Below, piece by piece: positions 27,151 through 37,762 of a DNA stretch of 64,000 nt. The notes under the pieces were generated by a model. It was not told the DNA's origin and ran no database searches. It saw only the letters and a list, made by a program, of their open reading frames with translations. Location of the stretch: the IMG/VR virus record IMGVR_UViG_3300042691_034458, positions 1-64,000 of that record. One strand, 5' to 3'. Source of the stretch: an uncultured virus (IMG/VR IMGVR_UViG_3300042691_034458). Taxonomy: Duplodnaviria > Heunggongvirae > Uroviricota > Caudoviricetes. Numbering within the stretch: position 1 is the stretch's first letter; each line of letters opens with the position of its first letter. The position numbers and the translations under genes are program-made.

Positions 27151-28716
27151 TTAGTTAATTCTCACATTTTGATTTAAAATATTATCCGCAGCGTTTCTTA
27201 TTTTATTTAGAATGTCTTGTGACTGTATTCCAGTTGTGCTAACAGGAACCGGAGGTAATCCCGGAAATGGATGTACGTGGGTTGTTAAAAACTGAACGAT
27301 TAAATTTAATAAATCCATTAATTCCTCACCCCTTACCATTGAATTTGTCTTTGGTAATATTTCTGAATTCATTAGTTCTTGGGAAATTCCATATACCGTT
27401 CCATCAATATTTATCTTTCCTTTACTTGGTATTGTGGAATTATGTGATAATAAGACCAATTTATCTCCACCCATAATACCGACAGTTTGAGTTAATGGAC
27501 TTACCGATTTTTCAACATATTCCTCATTTGTAAATTGCAATGGTTTACCAAAACTATTTTTTGTATATAATACACCTGTACCAAATATTTTATCAGATGG
27601 TTGTAATTTTACATTAGAATAAATATAACTAACATTATTAAATTGAACCGAATATTGAATTGGGTCTTCGGTTGATATCCATTTATATGTTATTTTATTT
27701 GGTCTAAATGCTAACGGAAATACATTTGGTAATGTTATAGTTACACCTTGTGTTGTTGTAATTCTACCCTCATTATTTAATTTCTTTATTGTATCATTAA
27801 TGAATTGAGTTGTTAATTCTTTTGTTAAAGAATTAAATTGAACTGAAGTAACTAGTGTTATATCGCTAGGATTTAATTGCGTATCAACAGTAAACTCAAC
27901 ATTTTTTAGATATTCTATATTATCTTTTAATTGATATAAATCAATTGTTCCGGTAAAATTATTAGGTATTGTATTGTTTTCCGGATTAATAATTGACCAT
28001 TCCAATAAGAATTTAACTTGTGGTGAACCAGTTGTTATTTTTGTAAGCTTTCTCGTACCAACACTGTTTTCAGTTGTTCTATATGCGGAAAGTTGTAAGA
28101 ATGATCTTTTATCGTAATATCTAGGAAGTTGATTGATTTTTTGTGGAATGTTTCTACCTGCTCTTAAAATAACATCATCATCTTTGACGATAATATCACA
28201 AGTTCCTCTACCAATAATTGCGTTGTCTCTTGGTTCAGGATAAACACCTTTACTGAAATTATTATAATATTCATCAGTTCCCGGTTTTTTAATGTCGGGT
28301 AATGGTTTAACTTGCGTACCCTGTGAGGTGTATTTTCTGGAACTTAAATAACTTTCAAAACTTGATGCAACAGGTGAAGAAAATCCTCCCTGAACGTAAT
28401 ATTTATTTTGATATGGAAATTCTTTATCAGCATAAAAAATATTTACAGATTCCTGAGTTTCAGGTTGTTGATTTATAAAAAATGGTAATAGTGGTAAACA
28501 TAAAAACGGATCTCTAGTAGTCCACTTATATAATTCTGGAATATCTTCTTCAGTATCTTTTGTTGTTTTCTTTAATTCTAAAGCATCGCTCCATACAGCT
28601 TGAACAATTTGTACTTTATTGTCTAATTGTGAGACAGCACGAATTCTTCCCAATAACAAAGGATCTTTATTATCAATGACAATTGCGGGAAAAATTATTT
28701 GATTTTTATTTTTCAT
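27151..28716 (-). CDS. Baseplate hub/central spike protein (gp5/gpV-like)
   Basis: N-terminal OB-fold motif VIDNKDPLLLGRIRA...P...E.V.I; C-terminal RGEEL...THVHP His-x-His apex motif. Confidence 0.75.
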   Translation of the reverse strand: MKNKNQIIFPAIVIDNKDPLLLGRIRAVSQLDNKVQIVQAVWSDALELKKTTKDTEEDIPELYKWTTRDPFLCLPLLPFFINQQPETQESVNIFYADKEFPYQNKYYVQGGFSSPVASSFESYLSSRKYTSQGTQVKPLPDIKKPGTDEYYNNFSKGVYPEPRDNAIIGRGTCDIIVKDDDVILRAGRNIPQKINQLPRYYDKRSFLQLSAYRTTENSVGTRKLTKITTGSPQVKFLLEWSIINPENNTIPNNFTGTIDLYQLKDNIEYLKNVEFTVDTQLNPSDITLVTSVQFNSLTKELTTQFINDTIKKLNNEGRITTTQGVTITLPNVFPLAFRPNKITYKWISTEDPIQYSVQFNNVSYIYSNVKLQPSDKIFGTGVLYTKNSFGKPLQFTNEEYVEKSVSPLTQTVGIMGGDKLVLLSHNSTIPSKGKINIDGTVYGISQELMNSEILPKTNSMVRGEELMDLLNLIVQFLTTHVHPFPGLPPVPVSTTGIQSQDILNKIRNAADNILNQNVRIN

Positions 28717-28913
28717 TATTTTACTCTAGAAGTATACTCTGTATGTATTTTATTATAAGTTTCTTCAATTAAATCTAAGTGTTTTGATAATTTAATAATT
28801 AAATTTTTTGTCTCTTCAAAATCATTATTTAATGAATCCATAGCCATCGTCAAGTCTTTATTTGACGAATTTTTATATTCACTAATTATTGAATTTAATT
28901 TTTCTTTATCCAT
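28716..28913 (-). CDS. Small coiled-coil protein
   Basis: 65 aa, TAATG-coupled to the spike gene. Confidence 0.65.
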   Translation of the reverse strand: MDKEKLNSIISEYKNSSNKDLTMAMDSLNNDFEETKNLIIKLSKHLDLIEETYNKIHTEYTSRVK

Positions 28914-28918
28914 TTTAA

Positions 28919-30829
28919 TTATGCTTTAATTCCATACAATTTTATTGGTGCTGGTGCTGGTAATAAAACATTAACAACACCATTTTGAATGTCTTCGTTT
29001 TGCACTCCAGTGATTTCAGCAAATTTTGATGCTAACATTAAATTTGGACTACCATCTGGCATCGGTCCTGTTGGTAGTCCTAATCTTTGATATTCAGTGA
29101 TAACATTTGTAAATGCTCTAGAATTGTCAAAGCCGGGTCTTAGTGGTGCCGCAGCTAAAAGAGGTGTTGGTATATAAAAAGGAGTACTTCTTGTTGCTAA
29201 TGATAAAATTTGTAATATCTCATCAACAACACTCTTACATCTTCTATAATCAGAAACTAAATTTGCAACGACTAACGCTAATTCAATTAAAGATAAAATC
29301 ATAGCATATCTTTTAGTAATGGCATTTCTTGCTAAATCACCAATAATCGCTTGCACTAAAATTCTTAAATCTTTTACTATAATATCAAACAATTCTTTAA
29401 CAAAAATTGCAAAAATTTTAGAGGTTAAATTAACCATTAATTTAATATTCTTTTTTATAAATTCGGTTAAATTGGTGAACTCATAAACAAATGTTTTACC
29501 TAATGCTAATGACATAACAACAAAAGGAAAAAGAATTTTTGGTGTTAAAAGTGCTAAAACAACCGCTCTAGGTAATGATTTTAATATATCTGTATTAATA
29601 CTAACTTCTAGTCCTGTCGGTAAAGTAATACCGCCCCATCCTTGGCTTTGTAATAAAGTCTGAGTTAATGAATCTGTTATATTATCTTCAGCATTTGGGT
29701 CCGAAACAAAGTTCATTTGATTAATTAAATCAAATAAAGAATCGATATCCACAGGAAATTTAACATTATCACAATCAGTAAATTCAACAACACCTAACTG
29801 AATATCTGATATTCTAGCATCAATAGTTCTTAAATCAATTTCCGTTAATTCAAAAAAACTTTGGTCAATTGCGTCAACTTCTGGTGTTTTTGCAATTCCG
29901 CTAACATCAATTTCACGATTAAAATCAAAACATAACCCTAAAATTCTTTGCAAACGAAGTAAAAATTTACTTTGTTCCTCCATATCCGACATAAGTTTAA
30001 TTGATATTGCGCCAGTCAATATTTCAATAATTTGAGCTAAGATATTTTTCGACTCAATCACTTTTATTTTTCTAAAGTAGTCAGCAAAAAATTCGGATAC
30101 TTTTGGGTTTGGTCTATTACCCAATGTAACAATAAACGATTCGGTTTGATAATTAAATGGTGGTGGTAATGTTGCTGTTGGGTTAAAGGTAATATCAAAT
30201 AATGATTGATTAGAGTAACCTAAATAGGATGAACCAAAATTCTGATTAAAATAATTAGGGTTTGTGTTTTGTGTTGCATAATAAAAACTTCTATTTAAAC
30301 TGAACGGTGATGTTCCAATCGATGTACTATCCGATTTTTCATAAAAAAGTTTACCAGTTACTGAATTCGGTTCTTGTTTAAGTTGTTTAAATAAATCAAT
30401 CGACCAAAGAGGTACTGTGACCTGTATTCCCTGTTGATATTCTTCTTGCTCAGAACAACCAAGAGCATTTATCATCTCATCCTGTAAAAGTTTCATTATT
30501 TTTGGACTACTTCTATTTGCTGAAGCAATTAATGCTTTTTTAATATAGTTAAGTGTTGTTGAGTTACCCTGAGCACCTCTTCCGTTCGGATTAAATTTCG
30601 CAAAATCTAAAAGTCTATCAAATTGATTTTTTACCTCCTGTTCATATTTTTTAGTCACGTTACTTAACCCATCCGGTAAGCCTTTATTAACGAGCCTATC
30701 GGCCTGTGTTAAGTTATTACCAGCGGACTTTTTTAAACTTTTAATATCGTCAGTGACTTGCTTATATGTTGCATAAGCCTTACTCTTCTCTTCAACTTCC
30801 CTATAAGAGCTTTCTAAATCTGCCGCCAT
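28919..30829 (-). CDS. Hypothetical protein, probably structural
   Basis: 636 aa ORF in the late operon, with hydrophobic helices in the C-terminal half. Confidence 0.7.
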   Translation of the reverse strand: MAADLESSYREVEEKSKAYATYKQVTDDIKSLKKSAGNNLTQADRLVNKGLPDGLSNVTKKYEQEVKNQFDRLLDFAKFNPNGRGAQGNSTTLNYIKKALIASANRSSPKIMKLLQDEMINALGCSEQEEYQQGIQVTVPLWSIDLFKQLKQEPNSVTGKLFYEKSDSTSIGTSPFSLNRSFYYATQNTNPNYFNQNFGSSYLGYSNQSLFDITFNPTATLPPPFNYQTESFIVTLGNRPNPKVSEFFADYFRKIKVIESKNILAQIIEILTGAISIKLMSDMEEQSKFLLRLQRILGLCFDFNREIDVSGIAKTPEVDAIDQSFFELTEIDLRTIDARISDIQLGVVEFTDCDNVKFPVDIDSLFDLINQMNFVSDPNAEDNITDSLTQTLLQSQGWGGITLPTGLEVSINTDILKSLPRAVVLALLTPKILFPFVVMSLALGKTFVYEFTNLTEFIKKNIKLMVNLTSKIFAIFVKELFDIIVKDLRILVQAIIGDLARNAITKRYAMILSLIELALVVANLVSDYRRCKSVVDEILQILSLATRSTPFYIPTPLLAAAPLRPGFDNSRAFTNVITEYQRLGLPTGPMPDGSPNLMLASKFAEITGVQNEDIQNGVVNVLLPAPAPIKLYGIKA

Positions 30830-30838
30830 AATAAATAA

Positions 30839-31207
30839 TTATTTTAACTTATATGACGTATTGTCAGAAATATTCTCAATATCTTTTTTCATTAAGTTTT
30901 CAATTAATGTTGGATCAATGTCAGCTAAATTATAATCCTCTTGTTTTCCGGAGCTTTTTTCCCAAATGGACGCTTGTAATTTAGCTAAGGATAGTTTTTT
31001 TTCAACAACATCATTAATTATTTTTTGTTGTTTTTCAATAACCGGCCCAATCGTTTGCATGTCCTCAGGATCCTTTAACATTACCAACATTTTATTTTGA
31101 ATTCTAATAGCGGTATTTCTCTGCTCAACGAGTTCGTTGTAGATTTCCTGCATCATTGCAAGAATCGATTCCTTTGTTAGATTTATTTCTTTTTTCTTCC
31201 CTGACAT
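30839..31207 (-). CDS. Coiled-coil hypothetical protein
   Basis: 122 aa; ATATTTAT (minus) at 31212-31219. Confidence 0.7.
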   Translation of the reverse strand: MSGKKKEINLTKESILAMMQEIYNELVEQRNTAIRIQNKMLVMLKDPEDMQTIGPVIEKQQKIINDVVEKKLSLAKLQASIWEKSSGKQEDYNLADIDPTLIENLMKKDIENISDNTSYKLK

Positions 31208-31218
31208 AATTATAAATA

Positions 31219-31950
31219 TTAGTCTAACATATTTTTTAAAGTACCATTATATAGTATTTTAAACTTCTTTATTGAAATTCGTATTTCTTTTGTTGATAAA
31301 TTTGTTAGTTCTCTTAGTGTTAATAAAATTAAATTTTTATTAAATTTATTATTTCTTGTTTCATAAAATAAAGATTGATAATTTGAAAATAACTCTATTA
31401 GACCATATGCTAATTTTTTTTCATTCTCATTTAGATTTGAATTTTCCGCAAAATTGATTAAATCAGATAAATATGTTTTAACAATATCTTCTTCATCAAT
31501 TTCATAATTCTCTATTAAATAAGACATTTCATAATTATTCTCTAGACTACTACATACATCTTCATAAGAAATTTTTTTATTTTTTTCTTTCTGATCTTTA
31601 ATGATTTGACCCATTAAATAATTTTTACAAATTGTGCCAAAATAAGAATATGCTTTCTTTTCTCTTGACGGTTTGAATTTATCAACTTTAGTCATTAAAA
31701 AAGAATGTGTGTCTGTATGAATTTCTTTAAAATCCATATCTTTTCTATATAACTTATATCTTCTTATGATAGAAGATATCATTTTGTCAAGAGGGTGTCT
31801 TAAATACTCGTTGTATATCTTATTCTTTTCTTCAATTGTTGTTGCGGATAAGAACACTCTAACCGCGTGTTCTTGTTCCTCACCAAAATAATTTTCTTTT
31901 TCTATTTGTTCACCTCCTGTTTTAGTAACCTTTTTTGGTTTTACAGGCAT
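31219..31950 (-). CDS. gp55: Phage late-transcription sigma factor (T4 gp55-like)
   Basis: NYF...; KVDKFKPSREKKAYSYFGTICKNYL resembles the gp55 region-2 motif. Confidence 0.75.
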   Translation of the reverse strand: MPVKPKKVTKTGGEQIEKENYFGEEQEHAVRVFLSATTIEEKNKIYNEYLRHPLDKMISSIIRRYKLYRKDMDFKEIHTDTHSFLMTKVDKFKPSREKKAYSYFGTICKNYLMGQIIKDQKEKNKKISYEDVCSSLENNYEMSYLIENYEIDEEDIVKTYLSDLINFAENSNLNENEKKLAYGLIELFSNYQSLFYETRNNKFNKNLILLTLRELTNLSTKEIRISIKKFKILYNGTLKNMLD

Positions 31951-32756
31951 TAAACTTCTTGTTGTTCATATTTTATGCTTCTATCTTTTGTGAAGAAATA
32001 TTCTTTTTTAGCAATATTCACCCAGAATTTAACCTCGTCTTCAGTAAGGACATTTTCACCATTCTTATAATTCCAAAAAATAGAACCTTCTCTTAAATTA
32101 ATGTGTTTATAACCAACTCTAGGTATAGTCATTATTTTTGCTGAGTTATATGTCATTCTTAACAAGAACTCATAAACGAAGGTTAATTTCATTGATGCTT
32201 TGAACATTCCAAATTCCATTACTTTGTCACGTTTAATAACCATTCCAGATGTTTGGAAATTTTGATAATTTTGTAATGTTTCATTTGTTAAAATACCCAT
32301 TTCCATTGCAAAGTTCGCAGCAAATGTTGCTTCATTCGTGAAACCCGCAAAAGTACCCTTCGAGTCAACATCAACAACAATTGGAAGAAATGCTTGAACA
32401 TCTGGATAGATTTCAGCATATTTCTTAACATTTTTAAACCAAATGCTAGAGTATTCATCATCAAATTCAAAAAATGAAACCCATTCAGATGATGACGATT
32501 CAATACCTAAGTTAACTTGGGATGCAAAGTTTGGAGTTTCGTTATATTCAACAAGTTTAACATTTAACTCACCAAAATCAGTTTCTTTTAGTTTACCAAC
32601 TAACTGTTCCTCAGTTGTATGTACGATAATTAATTCGTTAATACCAACTTGTTGTGTCTGTAATGATTTAATTGCTTTTTCAAAATATTCATTAAAATCT
32701 TTTACCAAAGCTGATTTAATTGGTAAAATGACGGATACGTTTAATTTGTTTTCCAT
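31950..32756 (-). CDS. Glycosyltransferase, GT2/GT-A fold
   Basis: VSVILPI, VNLGIE...WVSFFEFDDEY, YEFLLR motifs. Confidence 0.8.
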   Translation of the reverse strand: MENKLNVSVILPIKSALVKDFNEYFEKAIKSLQTQQVGINELIIVHTTEEQLVGKLKETDFGELNVKLVEYNETPNFASQVNLGIESSSSEWVSFFEFDDEYSSIWFKNVKKYAEIYPDVQAFLPIVVDVDSKGTFAGFTNEATFAANFAMEMGILTNETLQNYQNFQTSGMVIKRDKVMEFGMFKASMKLTFVYEFLLRMTYNSAKIMTIPRVGYKHINLREGSIFWNYKNGENVLTEDEVKFWVNIAKKEYFFTKDRSIKYEQQEV

Positions 32757-32757
32757 G

Positions 32758-33825
32758 TTATGCTTCGACTGTTTCGTTAAGTTTATTTAATTGTGAGACA
32801 AATGATTCCTTTCTTGAATTTAAATAAGAATCAAAAAGTTCAATTACTTTATTATCAAACTTTTCAGCATCTGAGAATTGTGCTGCGGTTTTTTCAATTT
32901 CATCAAATAGTTCTGGTTTAATATTATCTTCAATCCAGTTTTGAACAAAATCAGCGGTAATATCAGCTAACTGTGTTGGGTTTTCCAACCAAATACCATT
33001 TTCTTCTTTCATCCAAGAAGGAACCAAATTTGGGACTTGTCCAATAACCGGAACACCAACCTTCATTGACTCCAATGGGAATGTACCAAAAGCACTTGTT
33101 GGGTCAATCCAAACGGAAAGGAAGCAATCTTTCAATCCATTTGCGAATTCTTTTTCAGTTAAACCTCTTAAATCTCTAAATGTGACCCATCTAAACTGGG
33201 GATATTTTAAGTAGAATGTTTTAATGAAATTTAAACCATCTCTTTGCTCTCTAGCATGTACAGCAACAATCGGTTTTGCGGGAAGAGTTGCTTTTTCAAA
33301 AGTGTCGGGAATATATGGTTCCAAAATATCAATTGAAGCGGTTTTCATTATTTTTGAAATGAAATCCTTTTGAGTTTCAGAAGTTGTAATACACTTAACA
33401 AAACCATATTGCATCCAAGTTGCACCCGGTTGTAGTGTTTCCATCATATGGTCATATGCTTGACAAAGAACAATTTTACCGCAAGGTAAGTTTTTAACTT
33501 GGTCCATAACGAAAGCAAATATTTCCGGAATTACAAGATAATCTTCGGGTGAAATTTCTAAGCTAGTACCCTCAATAGATTTGTGTGGAAGTTCCTTCAT
33601 ATAATCATCACCCAACCAATTTGCAACACCAACATAATCGGGTTTTTCATGAAGAATTATTGCATTATAACCCGCTCTTTTTAAGGTTAACGCCATTTGA
33701 TAAATATATCTAATGGAACCTTTAGCATTTCCTTTAGTATCTTGAACAAAGAAATAAATTTTAGAATTTTTTTGTTCTATATTTGAAATAGAATTTTTTA
33801 ATTTTTCAACAACACTATTATCCAT
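32758..33825 (-). CDS. Glycosyltransferase, GT-B (GT4-like)
   Basis: GSIRYIYQMA N-terminal loop; AFGTFPLESMKVGVPVIG motif. Confidence 0.75.
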   Translation of the reverse strand: MDNSVVEKLKNSISNIEQKNSKIYFFVQDTKGNAKGSIRYIYQMALTLKRAGYNAIILHEKPDYVGVANWLGDDYMKELPHKSIEGTSLEISPEDYLVIPEIFAFVMDQVKNLPCGKIVLCQAYDHMMETLQPGATWMQYGFVKCITTSETQKDFISKIMKTASIDILEPYIPDTFEKATLPAKPIVAVHAREQRDGLNFIKTFYLKYPQFRWVTFRDLRGLTEKEFANGLKDCFLSVWIDPTSAFGTFPLESMKVGVPVIGQVPNLVPSWMKEENGIWLENPTQLADITADFVQNWIEDNIKPELFDEIEKTAAQFSDAEKFDNKVIELFDSYLNSRKESFVSQLNKLNETVEA

Positions 33826-33826
33826 A

Positions 33827-34087
33827 TTAAATTTTGTTAAGTATTTTATGTTTTATTAATGTATTAAAAGCTAGCTTAAAGGGAATAGAAATTGATTGTC
33901 CTTTTAAACCTAATGTTTCATCAATTTGTTCTTCATTAGAAAGAATGACTTCAATCATCGCTTTAATAACTTCAAATTTAACCGCGCTTATACTGAGTTC
34001 AGTTCCACCAGATACGCTTGGTAATGCGACATATTCATCAAATTGGTCTATGTCAATGTAATATGCGTCTCCAAAAAGTTTAATCAT
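33827..34087 (-). CDS. Hypothetical protein
   Basis: 86 aa, coupled within the operon. Confidence 0.7.
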   Translation of the reverse strand: MIKLFGDAYYIDIDQFDEYVALPSVSGGTELSISAVKFEVIKAMIEVILSNEEQIDETLGLKGQSISIPFKLAFNTLIKHKILNKI

Positions 34088-34748
34088 TTTTTAATGTTTT
34101 AATAATTCCTTCCAATTCCTTAATTTTATTTATTTCGTATTTTGAAGGAATATGTTTATTATATTCTTGATTGAATTTTATAACTGTTTTGTTGGATGGG
34201 TGATTTACGAGTAAGTCAGGGTTAGCTGTGATTAGAACATCAATTTCATCCCACATTGAATTGATTGTGGAATTACTGTAAAATCTTATGGTCTCAATTA
34301 AGCAACCAAACTTGGACAAAAAGAATAATGAAGCTGGTTTTGATTTACCGATTTCATCTGAAACAATAACCAAATCATGTTCATCTCGCAAATTTCGATA
34401 AATATCATTTAAATCATTAAATGAGAAGTATTCAATAGAGGGCGCATGACCAAATATTTGCATGGGAAATTCTTCGTACATAAATGAGTATAATTCATCA
34501 TCATTTCTAAATGCGAAATGTTCTTTAAGATTTAAAGACGTTATTGGTCTTTTTATTTCATAGGTAAAGTTATCTTCAGCACTTACTTCGGTAAATGTTG
34601 CTTCATCAGTATCTAAACTGGACTCACCTTCATGTTGTTTTAATGGTTGTTCTTCAACATCTTGCTCAAGATAGGTTTTTTCATAGATTTGAACAATCTT
34701 ACCAAGAGTATCTCTTAAAACACCATTTAATTCAATACCAATTCTCAT
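34080..34748 (-). CDS. 5'(3')-deoxyribonucleotidase-like HAD-fold protein with degenerate catalytic motifs
   Basis: IGIELNGVLRD in place of IDxDGVLxD; DVLITANP in place of DxLIDD.P. Confidence 0.65.
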   Translation of the reverse strand: MRIGIELNGVLRDTLGKIVQIYEKTYLEQDVEEQPLKQHEGESSLDTDEATFTEVSAEDNFTYEIKRPITSLNLKEHFAFRNDDELYSFMYEEFPMQIFGHAPSIEYFSFNDLNDIYRNLRDEHDLVIVSDEIGKSKPASLFFLSKFGCLIETIRFYSNSTINSMWDEIDVLITANPDLLVNHPSNKTVIKFNQEYNKHIPSKYEINKIKELEGIIKTLKND

Positions 34749-34881
34749 TAATACTTTTTATGAAAAATTAAAAAGTAATTTTAATAACTAAATAGTTATT
34801 ATTTGTAAAACGATATTTTTCTATTTATATCTAAAATATAATTTTTATTTTATATTAAAAATAAACATATAATTTATAATT

Positions 34882-35175
34882 ATGGAAAAAATTGAACAGC
34901 ATGAACTGTCTTTAAAAATTAAAGCGATGTTTAATGATGAACGTAACAAGACAAAAAAAGAAGAAAGACCTGAATTCTTATTTTGTAATCACACAAAGGA
35001 AGTTAAACAAGTTTTAATTGATTCAGCGGATGTTATTTTTAATAAGTTACTTGATAGTTTATCTTATTGCGATGAGGGAACAATTAGAAATAACTTAAAT
35101 TCATTTATAAATGATTTGGTTTTGTATGTAGAAAAAGAAGTTAATGCTATTCTTATTGAAGAAAAGAAAATTTAA
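34882..35175 (+). CDS. Hypothetical protein
   Basis: 97 aa ORF followed by a terminator. Confidence 0.6.
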   Translation: MEKIEQHELSLKIKAMFNDERNKTKKEERPEFLFCNHTKEVKQVLIDSADVIFNKLLDSLSYCDEGTIRNNLNSFINDLVLYVEKEVNAILIEEKKI

Positions 35176-35192
35176 TAAAAAAGTTTAAAAAC

Positions 35193-35230
35193 AAAAAATA
35201 AATCCCATAAATTGTGGGATTTATTTTTTT
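35193..35230. terminator. Bidirectional rho-independent terminator
   Basis: AAAAAATAAATCCCAT...GTGGGATTTATTTTTTT between convergent genes. Confidence 0.85.
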
Positions 35231-35248
35231 AGAAAAACGAAGCAAAAA

Positions 35249-37069
35249 TTAAGATTGGTATCTTTTTAATATTTTGGATATTATAGGATTTCTGACAATA
35301 TCTTCTTCGGTAAATTCAAATAATCCGATTTCATCAATATTTTGTAATCTTTTCATTGCATCATATAAACCCGATTTTTCTAATTGTTTAAATTTATCAG
35401 ATTGCTCAACATCACCAATTATAAAGAATTTACTATTATGACCTATTCTTGTTAAAATAAGTTTCATTTCCGCAGGTGTACAGTTTTGACTTTCTTCAAG
35501 AAGTAAAATTGAATTTTCAACCGAAATTCCGCGAATAAATGAAATTGACATAACTTCAATTATGTTAAAAAACTCTAATTTACCAGCAACACCTTCACCT
35601 AATATTTTATTTAATAAATAAAATGATGCGTACATATATGGGTTCATTTTTTCTCGTTCATTTCCCGGAAGCGAACCTAACCTGCTTTCACCACCCTCTA
35701 CGGCTGGTCGTATAATTATAATTTTTTCATATGGTGTTGTGGGATCTAATATTAATTCTATTGCAGTTCTTAATGTGAGGTGTGAATTATGTGTAACTAT
35801 AAAATTATCCGTTAAATAAAGACCTTTTTCTGAATTAACAGTAATACATTTAGCTTCTTTATTACCAATAAATTCAACATTTGTTATATATCGTTTTGGT
35901 AAATATCTACTTTTTGGTTTGACCAATTTTAATTTTCTTTTTAATCTAAAAGGAGTAATTTCGTTTGGTAAACAAATACATAATTCGTATGCTAATAATC
36001 CCATAATTTTTTCGCCTTCTTTATTTCTATAAAATGGTTGTTTTAACCATCTTTTAACAACACCACCTAAACTATTAACTAAAAAAACCATATCATCTGC
36101 TAATTTTTTAGATGTGGTTGTAAAAAATACTGAACCAGATTTTGAATCTACTGTACCGTCAGTATCCATTAGACCTTGTAATAGAGAAATTCTATTTTCA
36201 ATCGAATTGAACATATATTCATAAGGTATAAATTTATTTTCACTTTTTTTATAAAGTAAATTTAATTGGTTTAGCTCATTCAAAAATTCGTTTTTCCCGT
36301 TCTCACCAATAATTGAATATTTATATTTACCTTTTGGTTTGTTTAGGTGAATATTTTCTGGAATTAAAGCTTTTATGTTCTCAACAATTTCATTATCTGC
36401 ACATGTAAACGTAATGTATTGTGTTAATCCCCCATCACCAATAAGTACCCCCAATATATATGGGTCAATTAATAATTTTTGTTCATTAAATTGAACAGGT
36501 TTTGTAACTGGAATTGAATGATTTTTATCACCTCTTTTTGTTGTTAATGTTTCTTTAATTTTTTTTAGTGTTTTAACACTATAATCTTTTGGTGAAGAAA
36601 TTCTTTTATTTAATCTATTTTCACCGACTCGTTTTCTGGCATTTCTCTCATAATAAGTTTTTGTATACCATAAATGATCTTCACATGATTCGGTAAAAGT
36701 ACCGTCATTAAATAATACTCTATAAATCGGCTTTTCCCCTTGTGGATGAACCGCAATAACCTCAACCGGGTTTCCATTTTCATCAATAACAAAATCTCCT
36801 ACGACTATATCACCCATATTAACCATTCCGGTGGGTGTAATTATTTTGGCATCAATTGGTTGTGCTTTTCCTGTACCAGCACTTCCTGAACAAATTGTAA
36901 TTTCTTTTTCTTTTAAGAGTTGATAAAATTTTTTTTGGTTTTCGTTTAAAAATTTTTCTTTTGGTCTTTTTGTTATGATATTAGCAATTAAATCTTTCTT
37001 ATTTATTTCCTTTGGTTCTTCAGGAACTTGATTTACCGTTTTTGGTTTTGCTTTTTGTTTTGCTGGCAT
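35249..37069 (-). CDS. phoH: PhoH-family ATPase with intein
   Basis: GSAGTGK/S Walker A split by an intein; RPAVE, LGSLPG, FIRG, EESQN, LTRIG, GDVEQSD and DIVRNP motifs; 246 aa after splicing. Confidence 0.93.
   Translation of the reverse strand: MPAKQKAKPKTVNQVPEEPKEINKKDLIANIITKRPKEKFLNENQKKFYQLLKEKEITICSGSAGTGKAQPIDAKIITPTGMVNMGDIVVGDFVIDENGNPVEVIAVHPQGEKPIYRVLFNDGTFTESCEDHLWYTKTYYERNARKRVGENRLNKRISSPKDYSVKTLKKIKETLTTKRGDKNHSIPVTKPVQFNEQKLLIDPYILGVLIGDGGLTQYITFTCADNEIVENIKALIPENIHLNKPKGKYKYSIIGENGKNEFLNELNQLNLLYKKSENKFIPYEYMFNSIENRISLLQGLMDTDGTVDSKSGSVFFTTTSKKLADDMVFLVNSLGGVVKRWLKQPFYRNKEGEKIMGLLAYELCICLPNEITPFRLKRKLKLVKPKSRYLPKRYITNVEFIGNKEAKCITVNSEKGLYLTDNFIVTHNSHLTLRTAIELILDPTTPYEKIIIIRPAVEGGESRLGSLPGNEREKMNPYMYASFYLLNKILGEGVAGKLEFFNIIEVMSISFIRGISVENSILLLEESQNCTPAEMKLILTRIGHNSKFFIIGDVEQSDKFKQLEKSGLYDAMKRLQNIDEIGLFEFTEEDIVRNPIISKILKRYQS
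35786..36865 (-). mobile_element. Class 3 (Ala1, WCT) intein with LAGLIDADG endonuclease, 360 aa
   Basis: Starts AQPIDAKI; block B DHLW; block F EAKCITV; ends IVTHN/S; ILGVLIGDG and LLQGLMDTDG motifs. Confidence 0.9.
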
Positions 37070-37156
37070 TAAATTTTTTGATTTTTTTAATTATTATTTA
37101 TATATAAATATAAATCAAAACTAAAGTAATAAAAATTATTACTAATGTTTTTTTAT

Positions 37157-37759
37157 TTAATTTTTAAACTTATATAAACATAAACCAACGGAATCAAATT
37201 TTAAATTATCAAAATTTGAATTTTTTTTGTTTGCATGAAGTTGTTCTTGTAAAATCCATTTTTTAGATTTTTCCATGTAATCTTTTATGATTATGGATTT
37301 GGTTGAATAACCTTTATCATACGGTCTATAATAATCCCAATCATGCATACAAAAATATGTTCCATCTTCTATATTTTGCTCTAATAATATGATATCATCA
37401 TATGCTATATTTGGGTCTTCAGGTCCGTCAAACATTATAAAGTTGGGCTTAATATTTGATTCTAATAAATTGACGAGCATTTTTTGTGACTGCTCTTTAA
37501 AATACTTTACAAATGGAAATTCATTAAAAAACTCTTCTGTTGGTTTTCTTATTGGATCACAAGTAAAAATTTTCGAATTTAAATTATTATTTTTTATTGA
37601 TTGAGATATAAAATAAGTAGAACCTCCACCGTCACCAGTACCAACCTCAAAAATAATATTAGGTTTTATTTCCGAAATCCAATTATATAATTTATATCTT
37701 TCATATGGTAACATTTCACCATTATATGTTATTTCTCTAAAATTTATTTTTTCATCCAT
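37157..37759 (-). CDS. Class I SAM-dependent methyltransferase
   Basis: IFEVGTGDGGGST, IMFDG and MHDW motifs (Methyltransf_24-like). Confidence 0.8.
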   Translation of the reverse strand: MDEKINFREITYNGEMLPYERYKLYNWISEIKPNIIFEVGTGDGGGSTYFISQSIKNNNLNSKIFTCDPIRKPTEEFFNEFPFVKYFKEQSQKMLVNLLESNIKPNFIMFDGPEDPNIAYDDIILLEQNIEDGTYFCMHDWDYYRPYDKGYSTKSIIIKDYMEKSKKWILQEQLHANKKNSNFDNLKFDSVGLCLYKFKN

Positions 37760-37762
37760 ACT

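Noticed and set aside
34749..34881. tRNA or structured ncRNA in the larger intergenic gaps (also 37070-37156 and 47664-47778)
   Set aside because: Almost pure A/T with no cloverleaf or stable stems; more likely divergent promoter regions.
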